From the NCBI GenBank assembly GCA_039798785.1, contig JBDKFG010000034.1:1-46135 (forward strand): a DNA stretch of 46,135 bases, written 5' to 3'. A model generated the notes under the pieces. The model was not told the DNA's origin and made no database searches. It saw only the letters and a program-made list of their open reading frames with translations. Of the stretch, positions 18,151 through 27,257 are shown piece after piece; the stretch's first letter is position 1, and each line of letters begins with the position of its first letter. The DNA is from Verrucomicrobiota bacterium. GTDB taxonomy: Bacteria; Verrucomicrobiota; Lentisphaeria; Lentisphaerales; Lentisphaeraceae. The position numbers and the translations under genes are program-made.

Positions 18151-18972
18151 TCAGGGGAAGTCGGTGGTCTGCAGGAAGAGGTTGTCGATGACCGCGCCGA
18201 AGGAGTTCTTGTTGACCGCCACCAGCTCGATCCTCTGGGCATCGCCATCGGCGACCAGGTCGTAGCTGTGATGCTCCCAGCCGAACTTCTTGCCGGGGTT
18301 GATCACCTCGAGCAGCTGGCCGTCGAAGAAGACCTTGATCGCCGAGGCCTCCTTGGCCCGCGCCGAGAGATCGAACTGCAGCGAGATCTTGTCCCCGGCA
18401 TCCAGGTCGACGACGGTGAACAGGTTGCTGGCGGCGCCCCTCTTGCTGGCGAGCTCGAGGACCTGGTTGCCGTTGTTCTTGCCGCCGTAGACGCTCTCCT
18501 TGCCGATCTCCACCGTGCCGCCGCCGTTGTCGGTCCGCCAGTCCTGCGGATTCTGCAAAAGCAGGTCGTCCCACTTCTTGCCGCTCGGCAGGCGCTGCTC
18601 GAAAGTCAGCAGGCTGGTCTTGACCACCGGCTCGACGATCACCGGGGGCTCAACGACGACAGGGGGCGGCTCGACCACGGGCGCAGGCAGTTCGCTGATC
18701 ACTTCGGTGTTGGCCCCCACGCGCCATTGCGTGCCGGCGGGATTGACCTGGCGGACCTGGATGCCGCCGATCTCATAGGTGCCCAGATCCAGGGTCAGCG
18801 TGTCCCCAGTGGTCTGGATCCAGTTGCTCCCCCCGTCGAGGGAGTAGAAGAGTGTCCAGGAGGTGTCGTTGCCGACCAGGCCGTCGACCTTGACCTTGAA
18901 CTGCTTGCCGTCGGCGCTGTTGTCGATCTTCGACAGGGTCAGGGCCTCGCGGATCTGCTGAAGCTGTGGCAT
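18151..18972 (-). CDS. Small adhesin-like protein: Ig-like repeat + Pro/Val linker + jelly-roll/carbohydrate-binding-like domain
   Basis: GGAGGT SD; YSLDGGSNW...TL.LGTY...IQVRQ (giant-adhesin Ig repeat); VEPPPVVVEPP linker; VEIG...ELAS...LQFD.SAR...V.FDG...GAVIDNL. Confidence 0.7.
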   Translation of the reverse strand: MPQLQQIREALTLSKIDNSADGKQFKVKVDGLVGNDTSWTLFYSLDGGSNWIQTTGDTLTLDLGTYEIGGIQVRQVNPAGTQWRVGANTEVISELPAPVVEPPPVVVEPPVIVEPVVKTSLLTFEQRLPSGKKWDDLLLQNPQDWRTDNGGGTVEIGKESVYGGKNNGNQVLELASKRGAASNLFTVVDLDAGDKISLQFDLSARAKEASAIKVFFDGQLLEVINPGKKFGWEHHSYDLVADGDAQRIELVAVNKNSFGAVIDNLFLQTTDFP

Positions 18973-19108
18973 CTCTCACCTCCGATTTTTTTCATCTTGC
19001 GATTGCGGCGAATGGGGCATCGATGGATTCTTCACAGTCACCGGGAGAACGCCCCCGCCGACGCCCATATTGCCGCGCCGCGAAAAAAAATCGGGATGAT
19101 TTTTCGCT

Positions 19109-20203
19109 TCAGCTCAGGAAGGGGTAGTCGACGTAGCCTTTCTCGCCGCCGCCGTAGAAGCTGTCGCGATCATAGGGGTTGAGCGGGGCGCCGGCGATCA
19201 GGCGCCGGGGCAGGTCGGGGTTGCTGATCGCCAGGCGCCCGAAGGCGATGAGCTGGGCCTGGCCGGAGGCGACGAGGCGCTCGGCGCTTTCGGCGTTGTG
19301 GCTTCCCGAGGAGATCAGGGTGCCGTGGTACAAGGGGCGCCACTCGCGCGTCGACAGGGGGTCGGTGTAGAGCTCCGGGGCGTTCTCCGCCATCATCCGC
19401 GGCTCGACGATGTGCAGATAGGCGAGGGCGTAGGAGTTGAGACGCTGGACGATGTGGGCGAAGAGGCCGTGGCGGTCGGAGTCGGCCATGTCGTTGAACT
19501 CGCCCGAGGGCGACAGGCGCAGGGCGACGCGGCCGGGCCAGACGGCGCAGCAGGCGTCGAGGATCTCGAAGAGGAAGCGGCAGCGGTTCTCGACGCTGCC
19601 GCCGTACTCGTCCTGGCGGCGGTTCGAGCCGTCGCAGAGGAACTGGTTGATCAGGTAGCCGTTGGCGCCGTGGATCTCGACGCCGTCGAAGCCGGCCTCC
19701 TTGGCGTTGAGGGTCGCCTGGCGGAAGTCCGCGACGGTCCGGGCGATCTCGTCCAGGCTCATGGCGCGGGGCAGCACCGGCGCCTCCACCGGCGACCAGT
19801 CGGGCTTCCAGATCTGCGCGCCTTGCGCCGCGACCGCCGAGGCCGAGACCGGAGCCTGGCCGCCGGGCTGATAGGATTCGTGCGAAATCCGGCCCACGTG
19901 CCAGAGCTGGTTGAAGATCAGGCCGGCCTCGGCGTGGACGCGGCGGGTCACCTCCTTCCAGCCGGCGATCTGCGCGGCGGTGTAGATGCCGGGCGTGGCG
20001 GGATAGCCGTGGCCACTGGGCGACACCGGGGTCGCCTCGGTGATGATCAGGCCGAAGGAGGCGCGCTGGGCGTAATAGGTCGCCATCAGCGGCGTCGGCA
20101 CATTGCCCTCGCCGGCGCGGTCGCGGGTCAAGGGCGCCATGACGACGCGGTTGCGGAGGTTCAGGGTGTCGAGACGGAAGGAGCTGGCGAGGTGGGATTT
20201 CAT
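19109..20203 (-). CDS. nemA: Old yellow enzyme family alkene reductase (NemA/XenB-like)
   Basis: [70 protein letters not shown]. Confidence 0.9.
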   Translation of the reverse strand: MKSHLASSFRLDTLNLRNRVVMAPLTRDRAGEGNVPTPLMATYYAQRASFGLIITEATPVSPSGHGYPATPGIYTAAQIAGWKEVTRRVHAEAGLIFNQLWHVGRISHESYQPGGQAPVSASAVAAQGAQIWKPDWSPVEAPVLPRAMSLDEIARTVADFRQATLNAKEAGFDGVEIHGANGYLINQFLCDGSNRRQDEYGGSVENRCRFLFEILDACCAVWPGRVALRLSPSGEFNDMADSDRHGLFAHIVQRLNSYALAYLHIVEPRMMAENAPELYTDPLSTREWRPLYHGTLISSGSHNAESAERLVASGQAQLIAFGRLAISNPDLPRRLIAGAPLNPYDRDSFYGGGEKGYVDYPFLS

Positions 20204-20222
20204 GGGGCGGTCCTCCGGGAGT

Positions 20223-20783
20223 TCAGCGGCCGTAGACGCTGGTGATGCTGGCCTTGCCGAGGCAGTTGGCGTTGATCATGAAGCCGGCGAGGGCGGCGCT
20301 GGCGCCGTCGGGCAGGGCCAGCTTGTCGACCTTGAGGGCGTGCACGGTGAAGATGTAGCGGTGCGGCTTGTCGCCCTTCGGCGGGCAGGGGCCGCCGTAG
20401 GCCAGGAGGCCGTAGTCGTTGCGGACTTCGCGGCTCTGCGGCGGACGCAATTCCGGGCGGGTGCCGAAGCCCTGCGGCAGCGAACGGGTGTCGGCCGGCA
20501 GGTCGACGAGCAGGTAGTGCCACCAGCCGCTGCCGGTGGGGGCGTCGGGATCGTAGACGGTGACGGCGAAGCTCTTGGTGCCGGCGGGCGGCTGCGACCA
20601 GGAAAGCGCCGGGCAGAGGTTTTCGCCGCGGCCATCGAAGCCGTTGAACTCCTGCTTCAGGCTCATCGGCCGCCCTTCGGCGATGTCGGCGCTGCTCAGC
20701 GAGAAGCCGGCGGCGGCGCTGGAGCCGCAGGACGAAGCGAAGGCGACAAGGCTGAGGGCGGCAAGGGCTTTGGCAAAGGACAT
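20223..20783 (-). CDS. YbhB/YbcL family Raf kinase inhibitor-like (PEBP) protein, exported
   Basis: [23 protein letters not shown]...RNDYG...[21 protein letters not shown]; signal peptide from ATG 20783. Confidence 0.92.
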   Translation of the reverse strand: MSFAKALAALSLVAFASSCGSSAAAGFSLSSADIAEGRPMSLKQEFNGFDGRGENLCPALSWSQPPAGTKSFAVTVYDPDAPTGSGWWHYLLVDLPADTRSLPQGFGTRPELRPPQSREVRNDYGLLAYGGPCPPKGDKPHRYIFTVHALKVDKLALPDGASAALAGFMINANCLGKASITSVYGR

Positions 20784-20938
20784 TTCCGGTTCTCCTGGTT
20801 TTTGCGGAAGACTCCCCATTCTAGCCCCGGTTCGGGCTTTCACCCGGCATCGGCGAAAGCCGTCACCTTGCCGCTGCCGTCAAAGCCGAAGCTGACCGCG
20901 CGGCTTCTGACCGGCGAGAAGAATCCGGAAATGGCGAG

Positions 20939-21673
20939 TCAGTCCATCAACCCCATCGGGTTGAACTCGAAATAACCGAGGCTGATTTTGCCTGCATCTT
21001 CGAGAAAGACCATCTTGAATTTGAAGCGGGGCGGGTCCTCGGCGATCCGCTTCTTAAGCTCTTCGAGAGTCATGCCGTATTTCTCCGCCAGCGACGGAAG
21101 CTCGCGTTCAGGCAGTGAGTAGAGAAAGTGGCCCAGGACGGAGGCCTTGCGAAGATCCTTCGGTACGCTTTCGGGAATGGCGCCGACGTTGAAGACACAT
21201 TCGATCCGGTCGAGCCCGTCGGCTTCCCAGCGGAGGACCTTCGGATCGGTGGTGCCGATATCGAAATCAACCGCCTGGAGCGGCCGGCCGAAGCGTTTCC
21301 AGGTTTTGGCAAACATCTCGATGAATTGCATTTGGGTGGCATTCTGGATCACCACCTTGCTCCGCTCTGCCTCTTCCTGATCGTTCTCCGGCGGATCGAA
21401 CTGGCTCAAGCAGATTCTGGCCTTCGCATGCGGTGACAGGCCTCCATAAAAGGCCGCCATGTCGTTGGCGATCAAGGCCTCGACCAAGGGCTTGGCGGCA
21501 TCGAGCCAGCGCTGGTCGGCGGGGTTTTCCGGCTTGCGGCACCAGGATTTTTCGCCGGATGCCGCTTCAGGTTCTCCCTCGGTGCTGATTACGACTTCAG
21601 GGGCCTGCTGCGGGCCGTCGCAGGAAGAAAAAAGCAGCAGGCTCAGGGGAATCTGCAGGAAGAAGAATCGCAT
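20939..21673 (-). CDS. Hypothetical lipoprotein
   Basis: AGGAGG SD; MRFFFLQIPLSLLLFSS-C lipobox. Confidence 0.7.
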   Translation of the reverse strand: MRFFFLQIPLSLLLFSSCDGPQQAPEVVISTEGEPEAASGEKSWCRKPENPADQRWLDAAKPLVEALIANDMAAFYGGLSPHAKARICLSQFDPPENDQEEAERSKVVIQNATQMQFIEMFAKTWKRFGRPLQAVDFDIGTTDPKVLRWEADGLDRIECVFNVGAIPESVPKDLRKASVLGHFLYSLPERELPSLAEKYGMTLEELKKRIAEDPPRFKFKMVFLEDAGKISLGYFEFNPMGLMD

Positions 21674-21730
21674 GGTCAGAACCCTCCTGGGCGATTCTAG
21701 CCAGAGGAGCGCCGTCTTGTCAAGGACGGG

Positions 21731-21764
21731 CAAGAGAAAACCTCGAAGCCTGAGCTTCGAGGTT
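21731..21764 (-). terminator. Rho-independent terminator of rplM-rpsI
   Basis: aacctcgaagc-ctga-gcttcgaggtt hairpin, T-rich tail on minus strand. Confidence 0.8.
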
Positions 21765-21792
21765 CCGTGGGATTCCGGTGTCCGGAGCGGGA

Positions 21793-22188
21793 TTAGCGCT
21801 TGGAGAACTGGAAGCGACGACGGGCGCCGGGCTGACCGGGCTTCTTACGTTCCTTGACGCGGGCGTCACGGGTGAGCATGGCGGCAACGCGCAGGGGCTT
21901 GCGGAGTTCCTCTTCCATGGTGACGATGGCGCGGGCGATGCCGAGACGGCAGGCGCCTGCCTGGCCGACCTTGCCGCCGCCGTGGCAGGTGATGGTGATG
22001 TCGAACAAACCCATCTTGCCGGCGAGGACGAGAGGGCTGCGGACAGCCATTTGCTGGGTGGGGACGGGGAAGTAGGTCTCGATCTTCTCGCCGTTGATGA
22101 CGATGTTGCCGGTGCCTTTGGCGACGCGGACGCGGGCGACGGCGCACTTGCGGCGGCCGGTGGTCCAGAGAGCTGCTTGTTCAGCCAT
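21793..22188 (-). CDS. rpsI: 30S ribosomal protein S9
   Basis: TGRRKCAVARV, GGGKVGQAGACRLGIARA, LTRDARVKERKKPG...QFSKR. Confidence 0.98.
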   Translation of the reverse strand: MAEQAALWTTGRRKCAVARVRVAKGTGNIVINGEKIETYFPVPTQQMAVRSPLVLAGKMGLFDITITCHGGGKVGQAGACRLGIARAIVTMEEELRKPLRVAAMLTRDARVKERKKPGQPGARRRFQFSKR

Positions 22189-22196
22189 GATTTACC

Positions 22197-22622
22197 TCAC
22201 TTGGCCTTGACGGGGCGCTGGGCAGCATGAGGATGCTCGGCGCCTTCGTACACGTGGAGTTTCTTGAAGCAGGCGCGGCCGAGACGGCCCTTGGGCATCA
22301 TGCCCTTGACGGCCCAGAGGATCAGGCGGGTGGCGTCTTTCTCACGGACTTCTTCGACAGTGGTGGTCTTCATCGAGCCGACGAAGCGGGAGTGGCTCAG
22401 ATAGTACTTGTCGGATTCTTTGTTGCCGGTGAGTTTGACTTTCTTGGCGTTGATCACGATGACGTTCTTGCCGCAGTCCCAGAAGGGAACGTAGGTGGGT
22501 TCGTCTTTGCCGCGGAGGGCGTCGGTGATCTTGACAGCCAGGCGGCCGAGCACTTGCTCTTCGGCATCAAACACCACCCACTGGCGCTCGAATTCCTCGC
22601 GCTTCGGAAGATAGGTTTTCAT
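22197..22622 (-). CDS. rplM: 50S ribosomal protein L13
   Basis: W.VFDA...LGRLA...LRGK..P.Y.P..DCG..VIVINA, AVKGMMPK..LGR, HPHAAQ.P. Confidence 0.98.
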   Translation of the reverse strand: MKTYLPKREEFERQWVVFDAEEQVLGRLAVKITDALRGKDEPTYVPFWDCGKNVIVINAKKVKLTGNKESDKYYLSHSRFVGSMKTTTVEEVREKDATRLILWAVKGMMPKGRLGRACFKKLHVYEGAEHPHAAQRPVKAK

Positions 22623-22699
22623 TGTGTCTCAGTTCCTGTTGACAGGAGGTTGTTCTATCCCTTCACCTGCGGCCGGAGTCCGGGGCAGGAGGGGCAAGG

Positions 22700-22727
22700 A
22701 GTTTAACGCATCTCCGGCAACTGGCAA
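22700..22727 (-). promoter_or_regulatory. Putative sigma70 promoter of rplM-rpsI (TTGCCA-16-TAAACT)
   Basis: Consensus-like hexamers ~80 nt upstream of rplM. Confidence 0.5.
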
Positions 22728-22778
22728 GTCCTTCCGGCGATTTTCCAAGAAACATGGGGGCTGTAGGGAATAGCTCCA

Positions 22779-23897
22779 TTAGTTCTGCTTCAGGAGCTCG
22801 ACCATCGCCTGGCCCATGGCTTCGCCGACATCCATGTACACCTCGGCCTTGCGGCCGTAGTGGCCGTTGCCGCTGCCGCCTTGCGCCAGGGGATGGGTGT
22901 AGACGGTGGCGACATTGCCTTTGAATTCGGGATACTTGCCGCTGGCGCCGTCGACCGCGAGTTGCGCCTTGAGGATCTCGCCGCCGCCGCCCGCGCCGCC
23001 CTTCACCGATTCGCCCATCGTCGCCAGCACGAACCTGGCCTTGGGGGCGTCGAACTCCTTGCGCAAGGTCTTGATGAAACGCACGAGATTGGTTTCATAG
23101 CGGGCGGCGTGTCCGGGGTTGCCGGCGTCCTTTTCGCCCTGCCAGAAGAAGAAGCCGGCGACTTCGTACTTCGTCGCGCCGGGGTAATGCTTGTCCAGCT
23201 CGGAGAGCACGGTCTTGGCGTAGCTGATGTCGTCGTCCCACTGCTTGCCGGCGTACCAGTCGATCGGCTTGCCCTTCTTGTCCAGCCAGGGGGCGGGCTC
23301 GGTCTTGAGCCCCTTGGCCGGATCCATCTCCCAGGATTCGGGCCGGTCCTTGTAGCCGGCGTAGACCCGCTTGGTTTCCGCGCCCGTCTTGTCCTTGACG
23401 GCAAACTCGTAACGCTCGCTGCCCGGCGGCAGCAGGTCCCAGCCGAGGCTGCGGTTGCCGATGCAGCTTTTCAGGAGCAGCACCGGCGCCTCGACGGCCT
23501 GGCCGAGGGGCTGCGCGATGCCGAATTCCGGCCCGATGGTCTTGCAGGCCTTGACGCTCATCCATTCGTTGTTGAGGCGCTGCATGCCGCCGCCGCGGCC
23601 GGACATGACGCGGACGTAACGGACATCCTTGCGCTCGACCCAGTTGCCGGAGGCGTCGACGAGATAGGGGTACTTCTTCCCTTCCTTGACGGCGGATTCG
23701 AGGGAGCCTTCGCCTCCCGTGACCTTGCCGAGGCCGACCATGTTCGACTGCCCGAGGAGGATGAAGACCTGGACCGGCCTGCTCATGTCGGCCGCGCCGC
23801 CAGCCTGCTCCGCCGCCGCGGCGGGCAAGCTCGAGAAGGCGAGGCCGGCGAGGGAGGAGAGGACAAAAGCCCGGCGGGTGAAACGGTCTGAATGCAT
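22779..23897 (-). CDS. Sialate O-acetylesterase (SASA/SGNH) family protein, Tat-exported
   Basis: TRRAFV twin-arginine signal; VFILLGQSNM, IGPEFG, LLKSCIGNRSL, FFWQGEKD, GHY; AGGAG SD before ATG 23897. Confidence 0.85.
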   Translation of the reverse strand: MHSDRFTRRAFVLSSLAGLAFSSLPAAAAEQAGGAADMSRPVQVFILLGQSNMVGLGKVTGGEGSLESAVKEGKKYPYLVDASGNWVERKDVRYVRVMSGRGGGMQRLNNEWMSVKACKTIGPEFGIAQPLGQAVEAPVLLLKSCIGNRSLGWDLLPPGSERYEFAVKDKTGAETKRVYAGYKDRPESWEMDPAKGLKTEPAPWLDKKGKPIDWYAGKQWDDDISYAKTVLSELDKHYPGATKYEVAGFFFWQGEKDAGNPGHAARYETNLVRFIKTLRKEFDAPKARFVLATMGESVKGGAGGGGEILKAQLAVDGASGKYPEFKGNVATVYTHPLAQGGSGNGHYGRKAEVYMDVGEAMGQAMVELLKQN

Positions 23898-23935
23898 GAG
23901 GCTTCTCCTGGATCGGGGCTCGGTGTTCTTGGCCA

Positions 23936-26900
23936 TCACGGCAGGGGGCGCAGGGTGAATTCCTTGAGGCTCACGCCGCGGCTGCCGTCCCGGACGGCGA
24001 ATTCGACGATGTTTTTCCCCTGGGCCAAGGACAGTTTCAGCGCCGGAGTCTGCTGCCACAGGCCGAGGGTGCAGGGCACTGCGATTTCCTCCGGCGTCTT
24101 GGCGCCGTTCATCCGCAGCAGGAACTTCTGGCCCTCCTGGATGGTCGCCACCCGGGCGCTGAGCTCATAGTCCCCGGCGCGCGGAACTTCGAGGGTGTAG
24201 CTGGCCTTGAAGCCGCCGCTGCAGTGGAGCTGCGTGCCGCCCGCGAAGCTCTTCATCGCGATGGCAGGGCCCGAGGACTTGCTCGCCGCCAGGGCGGGAA
24301 GGGTGATCAGGCCTTTGGCGTCGACCAGGATCTTCTCTTCCGCCGGGGCCTTCTTGACCGGCTCGATCCTCCCCTGGACCTTGGCCTCGTCGGCCTCGGC
24401 GGATTCCTGTCCCAGGGGGCCGAGGGGGACCGCTGCGGCGGCAAGCGCCGCGGTCTGATCCTGGGCGATGCCGCTCCACAAGCCGCCGGCGATGCCTTTG
24501 CGGGCGTTGTAGGCCTGTTCGCCCAGGGCGGCGCTGATCCACTTCGCCCGCAGCACCTTGGCGTAATCCCGGGCGTGGGCCCTGGCCTGCGTCTCGAGGA
24601 GGAAGTCGGAACCGCTCCGCGGCGCTTCGTCCTTGTCCCACCAGCTGTGCTGGAAGCCGGCGCCGAGATTGACCACCCAGCCTTTCGGGGTCCAATGACT
24701 CAAGGCGGCGTGGGCGTGCTGCGTCACTCCCCAGGTGGGGATGCCGAAGCTGCGCAGGATGAAGCGGCCGAAGAAGGCGCGGCGTCCGCAAACGCCGCCG
24801 TTCTTGGGGATGTTCTGATACTCGTTGAGCTGCGGCAGGTCATCCTTGACGTTCTGCGAGCCGTATTTGACCTCGGTCCGGACGCAGGCGGAGTAGCGCC
24901 AGCCGTAGTCCGGGTTGGCGACGTGGTCGGGGCGGTAGTTCCGGAGCATTTCGCGTCCCCAGGCGAGAATCCGGTCGGGCGCGTCGCAGCCGACGACCAT
25001 CCGGTATTCCCAGGCGGAGAAGTTCTCGAAGGCGGGGTCGAGTTCGCCGTCGAGCCAGGCCTTCTCGTAATGGAGATAGCGCTTCACCGGATCTATGGTG
25101 CCGGGCGCGTCGGTCTCGGCCAGGGCGTTCTTCTGCGGGACCGGGACGGCATGCTCGAGGCTGGTGGCCAGGGCCAGGCGCTGGAACAAGCCTTCGGCGG
25201 CCCTCGGGCTGGCCTTCCGGATGGCGCTGTAGATCTCCATCGCCCGGCCATACTTGCCGGACTTGGCGCCGCCGGCCTCGAGCATCTGTTTCATCAGGGC
25301 GGGATCGCCGAGGAGCTGCTTCACCAGCGCCTCCTGCTCCGGGCCGGTTCGGGCAAAGTCGGCCAGTCCGCGGGGGCTTGCCGCGGCGAGCACTGCGGCC
25401 GGGAGGAGCTTTTCATCGAGATCGCCGGAGGACAGGAAGGGGGCGAGATCCGCGAGCAGCGACTGGGCGGCGCTACGTTCGGCGGCGCGCGCCGCGGCCA
25501 GTCTCTCCTGCGCCGCCTGGCTCCTCTCCTTCGCGCCGCTCTGTTCGCGCAGGGCCTGGTCGAGGGCCGCCTGGCGTTCCGTGAGCGCCTTGAGCCCGGC
25601 CTGCTGGTCGGCCTGCCATTTGGCCAGGTCCTTCCTCGCCGCTTCCCGCTCGGCCTCCGTCGCCGCCTTTTTCAAGGCCTCCTCCGCCGCGGCGATCCCC
25701 TTCGCCGCCCCGCCCAGCCATTTGCCCTTGGCGTGATCCACCAGGGCTTGCGCGGTTTGGATCTTCTCCAGCCCCCGCTGCGCCGCGGCGGCCTCGGTCT
25801 CGGCTGCCTTGACTCCCTCGCGCGCCTTGCGGAGCGCCGCGTTCCTGGCCTCGTCGATCCTGGGCAGGGAGGCGGCGATCTCCGCCTGCAGGGACTTCAG
25901 CCGTTCCGAGAGCTGCGCCTCGAGCTGTTGCGGCTCCTCCGGTTCGGCGGCGCAGAAGGCCGGACGCGGCGTGCGCAGCATCTCGAGATTGGCCTCGGCG
26001 AAATGCCGGCCCATCAGGGCGAAGGTTTTGGCGCAGCCGAGGTAGTGGTAGCCGGCGTTGGAGGCGCCGCGTTTCCACAGTGCGGCTTCGGCCGGAGTGA
26101 TGAGCTCGGCCTCGTACTTCTTCAGGAAGTCACGCTTTTCCGCGTCGCTCATGCGGCCGTCGGCGTTGGCGTAGTCCTTGTGCCTGCTGTCCAGGAAATG
26201 GGCCATCTGCCGCAGCTTCCCGTGCTTGGCGTCGATGGCGGCCAGCTCTTCCGGCCAGAAGGGGGCGGTCGCCACGGCGGCGACCCTGCCCTTGAATTCC
26301 GGCAGCAGGGCCGGCGCCGCCATCGCCTCCCGGAAGGCGAGGACATCCGGGTTCGCCTTGAGGCCGTCGATGCCGAGGACGCCGATGACGAAGGGCATGT
26401 CCGGAGCGCCGAAATCCTTGCGCACGTCGCGGATGAAATGGCCGAGCAGCTCGCCGTAGAGAGCGAAGCGATTCGCCGGGCTGCCTTGGGGAAGCTTGGG
26501 ATAGGTGTCTTGGTCGACCATGTCGTTGAAGCCCTGAAGCCAGACGAATCCGGCGATCTCGCAGCCCGCCGCCGGGTCGTAGGCCGGGCAGACGCGTTTC
26601 GGATCGGCGAGGACGCGCTTGACGTGCTCGACCATCAAACGGTAGAAGCGGCCCGTGTCCTGCTGCTTCTTCGCCAGCCACGTCTCCCGCTCCTCGGCGC
26701 TGCCCCGGAAGCGCTTGATCTGAGTCTCGTTCAGCTGATAAGGGCCGGCGCCGGGGGGGCGGAAATCGGTGTGCAGGCTCTTGCCTCCCCAGGCGGTCTT
26801 GATGATGAGCACGGGCTCTGCGAATGCGGCCTCCATGGTGAGGCCGAAGGTAAATTCCGGACCGATCTTGCCGTCGGATTTCGCCGCCTCCTTCCGCGCC

Positions 26901-27232
26901 CCGAAACCGGCGGTGAGCCTGCCGAGGCCTTCGCCATTGGAGCTGCCGTCGAAGCGTCCGGTGAAGTACGAGATCCAGACATGGTCGCAGACGCGCGGCT
27001 TGCCGTCGTCGCCGCGCATCCTCTTCAACAGCGGCGCCGTCGCCGGATCGTCGCCGATGTAGTCGAAGGTCTCGAGGCGCGCGTGGCCCTCCATGTTCGA
27101 CTGTCCGGCGAGGATGAAGACCTTGAGCGGCTTCTTCCGCGCTCCAGGCTCCGCCTCGGCCGCCAGCCCGGGCAGGGCCGCGGCGGCAAGAAGGATCAAG
27201 AGCAGGCGGAGGCGCTGGAGGCTTTTCATCAT
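23936..27232 (-). CDS. Secreted fusion: SASA esterase + coiled coil + Cys/His (transglutaminase-like) domain + CBM6/35-like domain; start 27232 or 27229
   Basis: Signal peptide; VFILAGQSNMEG, IGPEFTFG, IIKTAWGGKSL, WLQGFND, YHY; later GGVCGRRAFFGR...FGIPT...HAA; C-terminal Y.LEVP.AGDY.LSARVAT...L..G.N jelly roll. Confidence 0.8.
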   Translation of the reverse strand: MMKSLQRLRLLLILLAAAALPGLAAEAEPGARKKPLKVFILAGQSNMEGHARLETFDYIGDDPATAPLLKRMRGDDGKPRVCDHVWISYFTGRFDGSSNGEGLGRLTAGFGARKEAAKSDGKIGPEFTFGLTMEAAFAEPVLIIKTAWGGKSLHTDFRPPGAGPYQLNETQIKRFRGSAEERETWLAKKQQDTGRFYRLMVEHVKRVLADPKRVCPAYDPAAGCEIAGFVWLQGFNDMVDQDTYPKLPQGSPANRFALYGELLGHFIRDVRKDFGAPDMPFVIGVLGIDGLKANPDVLAFREAMAAPALLPEFKGRVAAVATAPFWPEELAAIDAKHGKLRQMAHFLDSRHKDYANADGRMSDAEKRDFLKKYEAELITPAEAALWKRGASNAGYHYLGCAKTFALMGRHFAEANLEMLRTPRPAFCAAEPEEPQQLEAQLSERLKSLQAEIAASLPRIDEARNAALRKAREGVKAAETEAAAAQRGLEKIQTAQALVDHAKGKWLGGAAKGIAAAEEALKKAATEAEREAARKDLAKWQADQQAGLKALTERQAALDQALREQSGAKERSQAAQERLAAARAAERSAAQSLLADLAPFLSSGDLDEKLLPAAVLAAASPRGLADFARTGPEQEALVKQLLGDPALMKQMLEAGGAKSGKYGRAMEIYSAIRKASPRAAEGLFQRLALATSLEHAVPVPQKNALAETDAPGTIDPVKRYLHYEKAWLDGELDPAFENFSAWEYRMVVGCDAPDRILAWGREMLRNYRPDHVANPDYGWRYSACVRTEVKYGSQNVKDDLPQLNEYQNIPKNGGVCGRRAFFGRFILRSFGIPTWGVTQHAHAALSHWTPKGWVVNLGAGFQHSWWDKDEAPRSGSDFLLETQARAHARDYAKVLRAKWISAALGEQAYNARKGIAGGLWSGIAQDQTAALAAAAVPLGPLGQESAEADEAKVQGRIEPVKKAPAEEKILVDAKGLITLPALAASKSSGPAIAMKSFAGGTQLHCSGGFKASYTLEVPRAGDYELSARVATIQEGQKFLLRMNGAKTPEEIAVPCTLGLWQQTPALKLSLAQGKNIVEFAVRDGSRGVSLKEFTLRPLP

Positions 27233-27257
27233 CAAAATCCGCGACGCCTGCTCAAGC

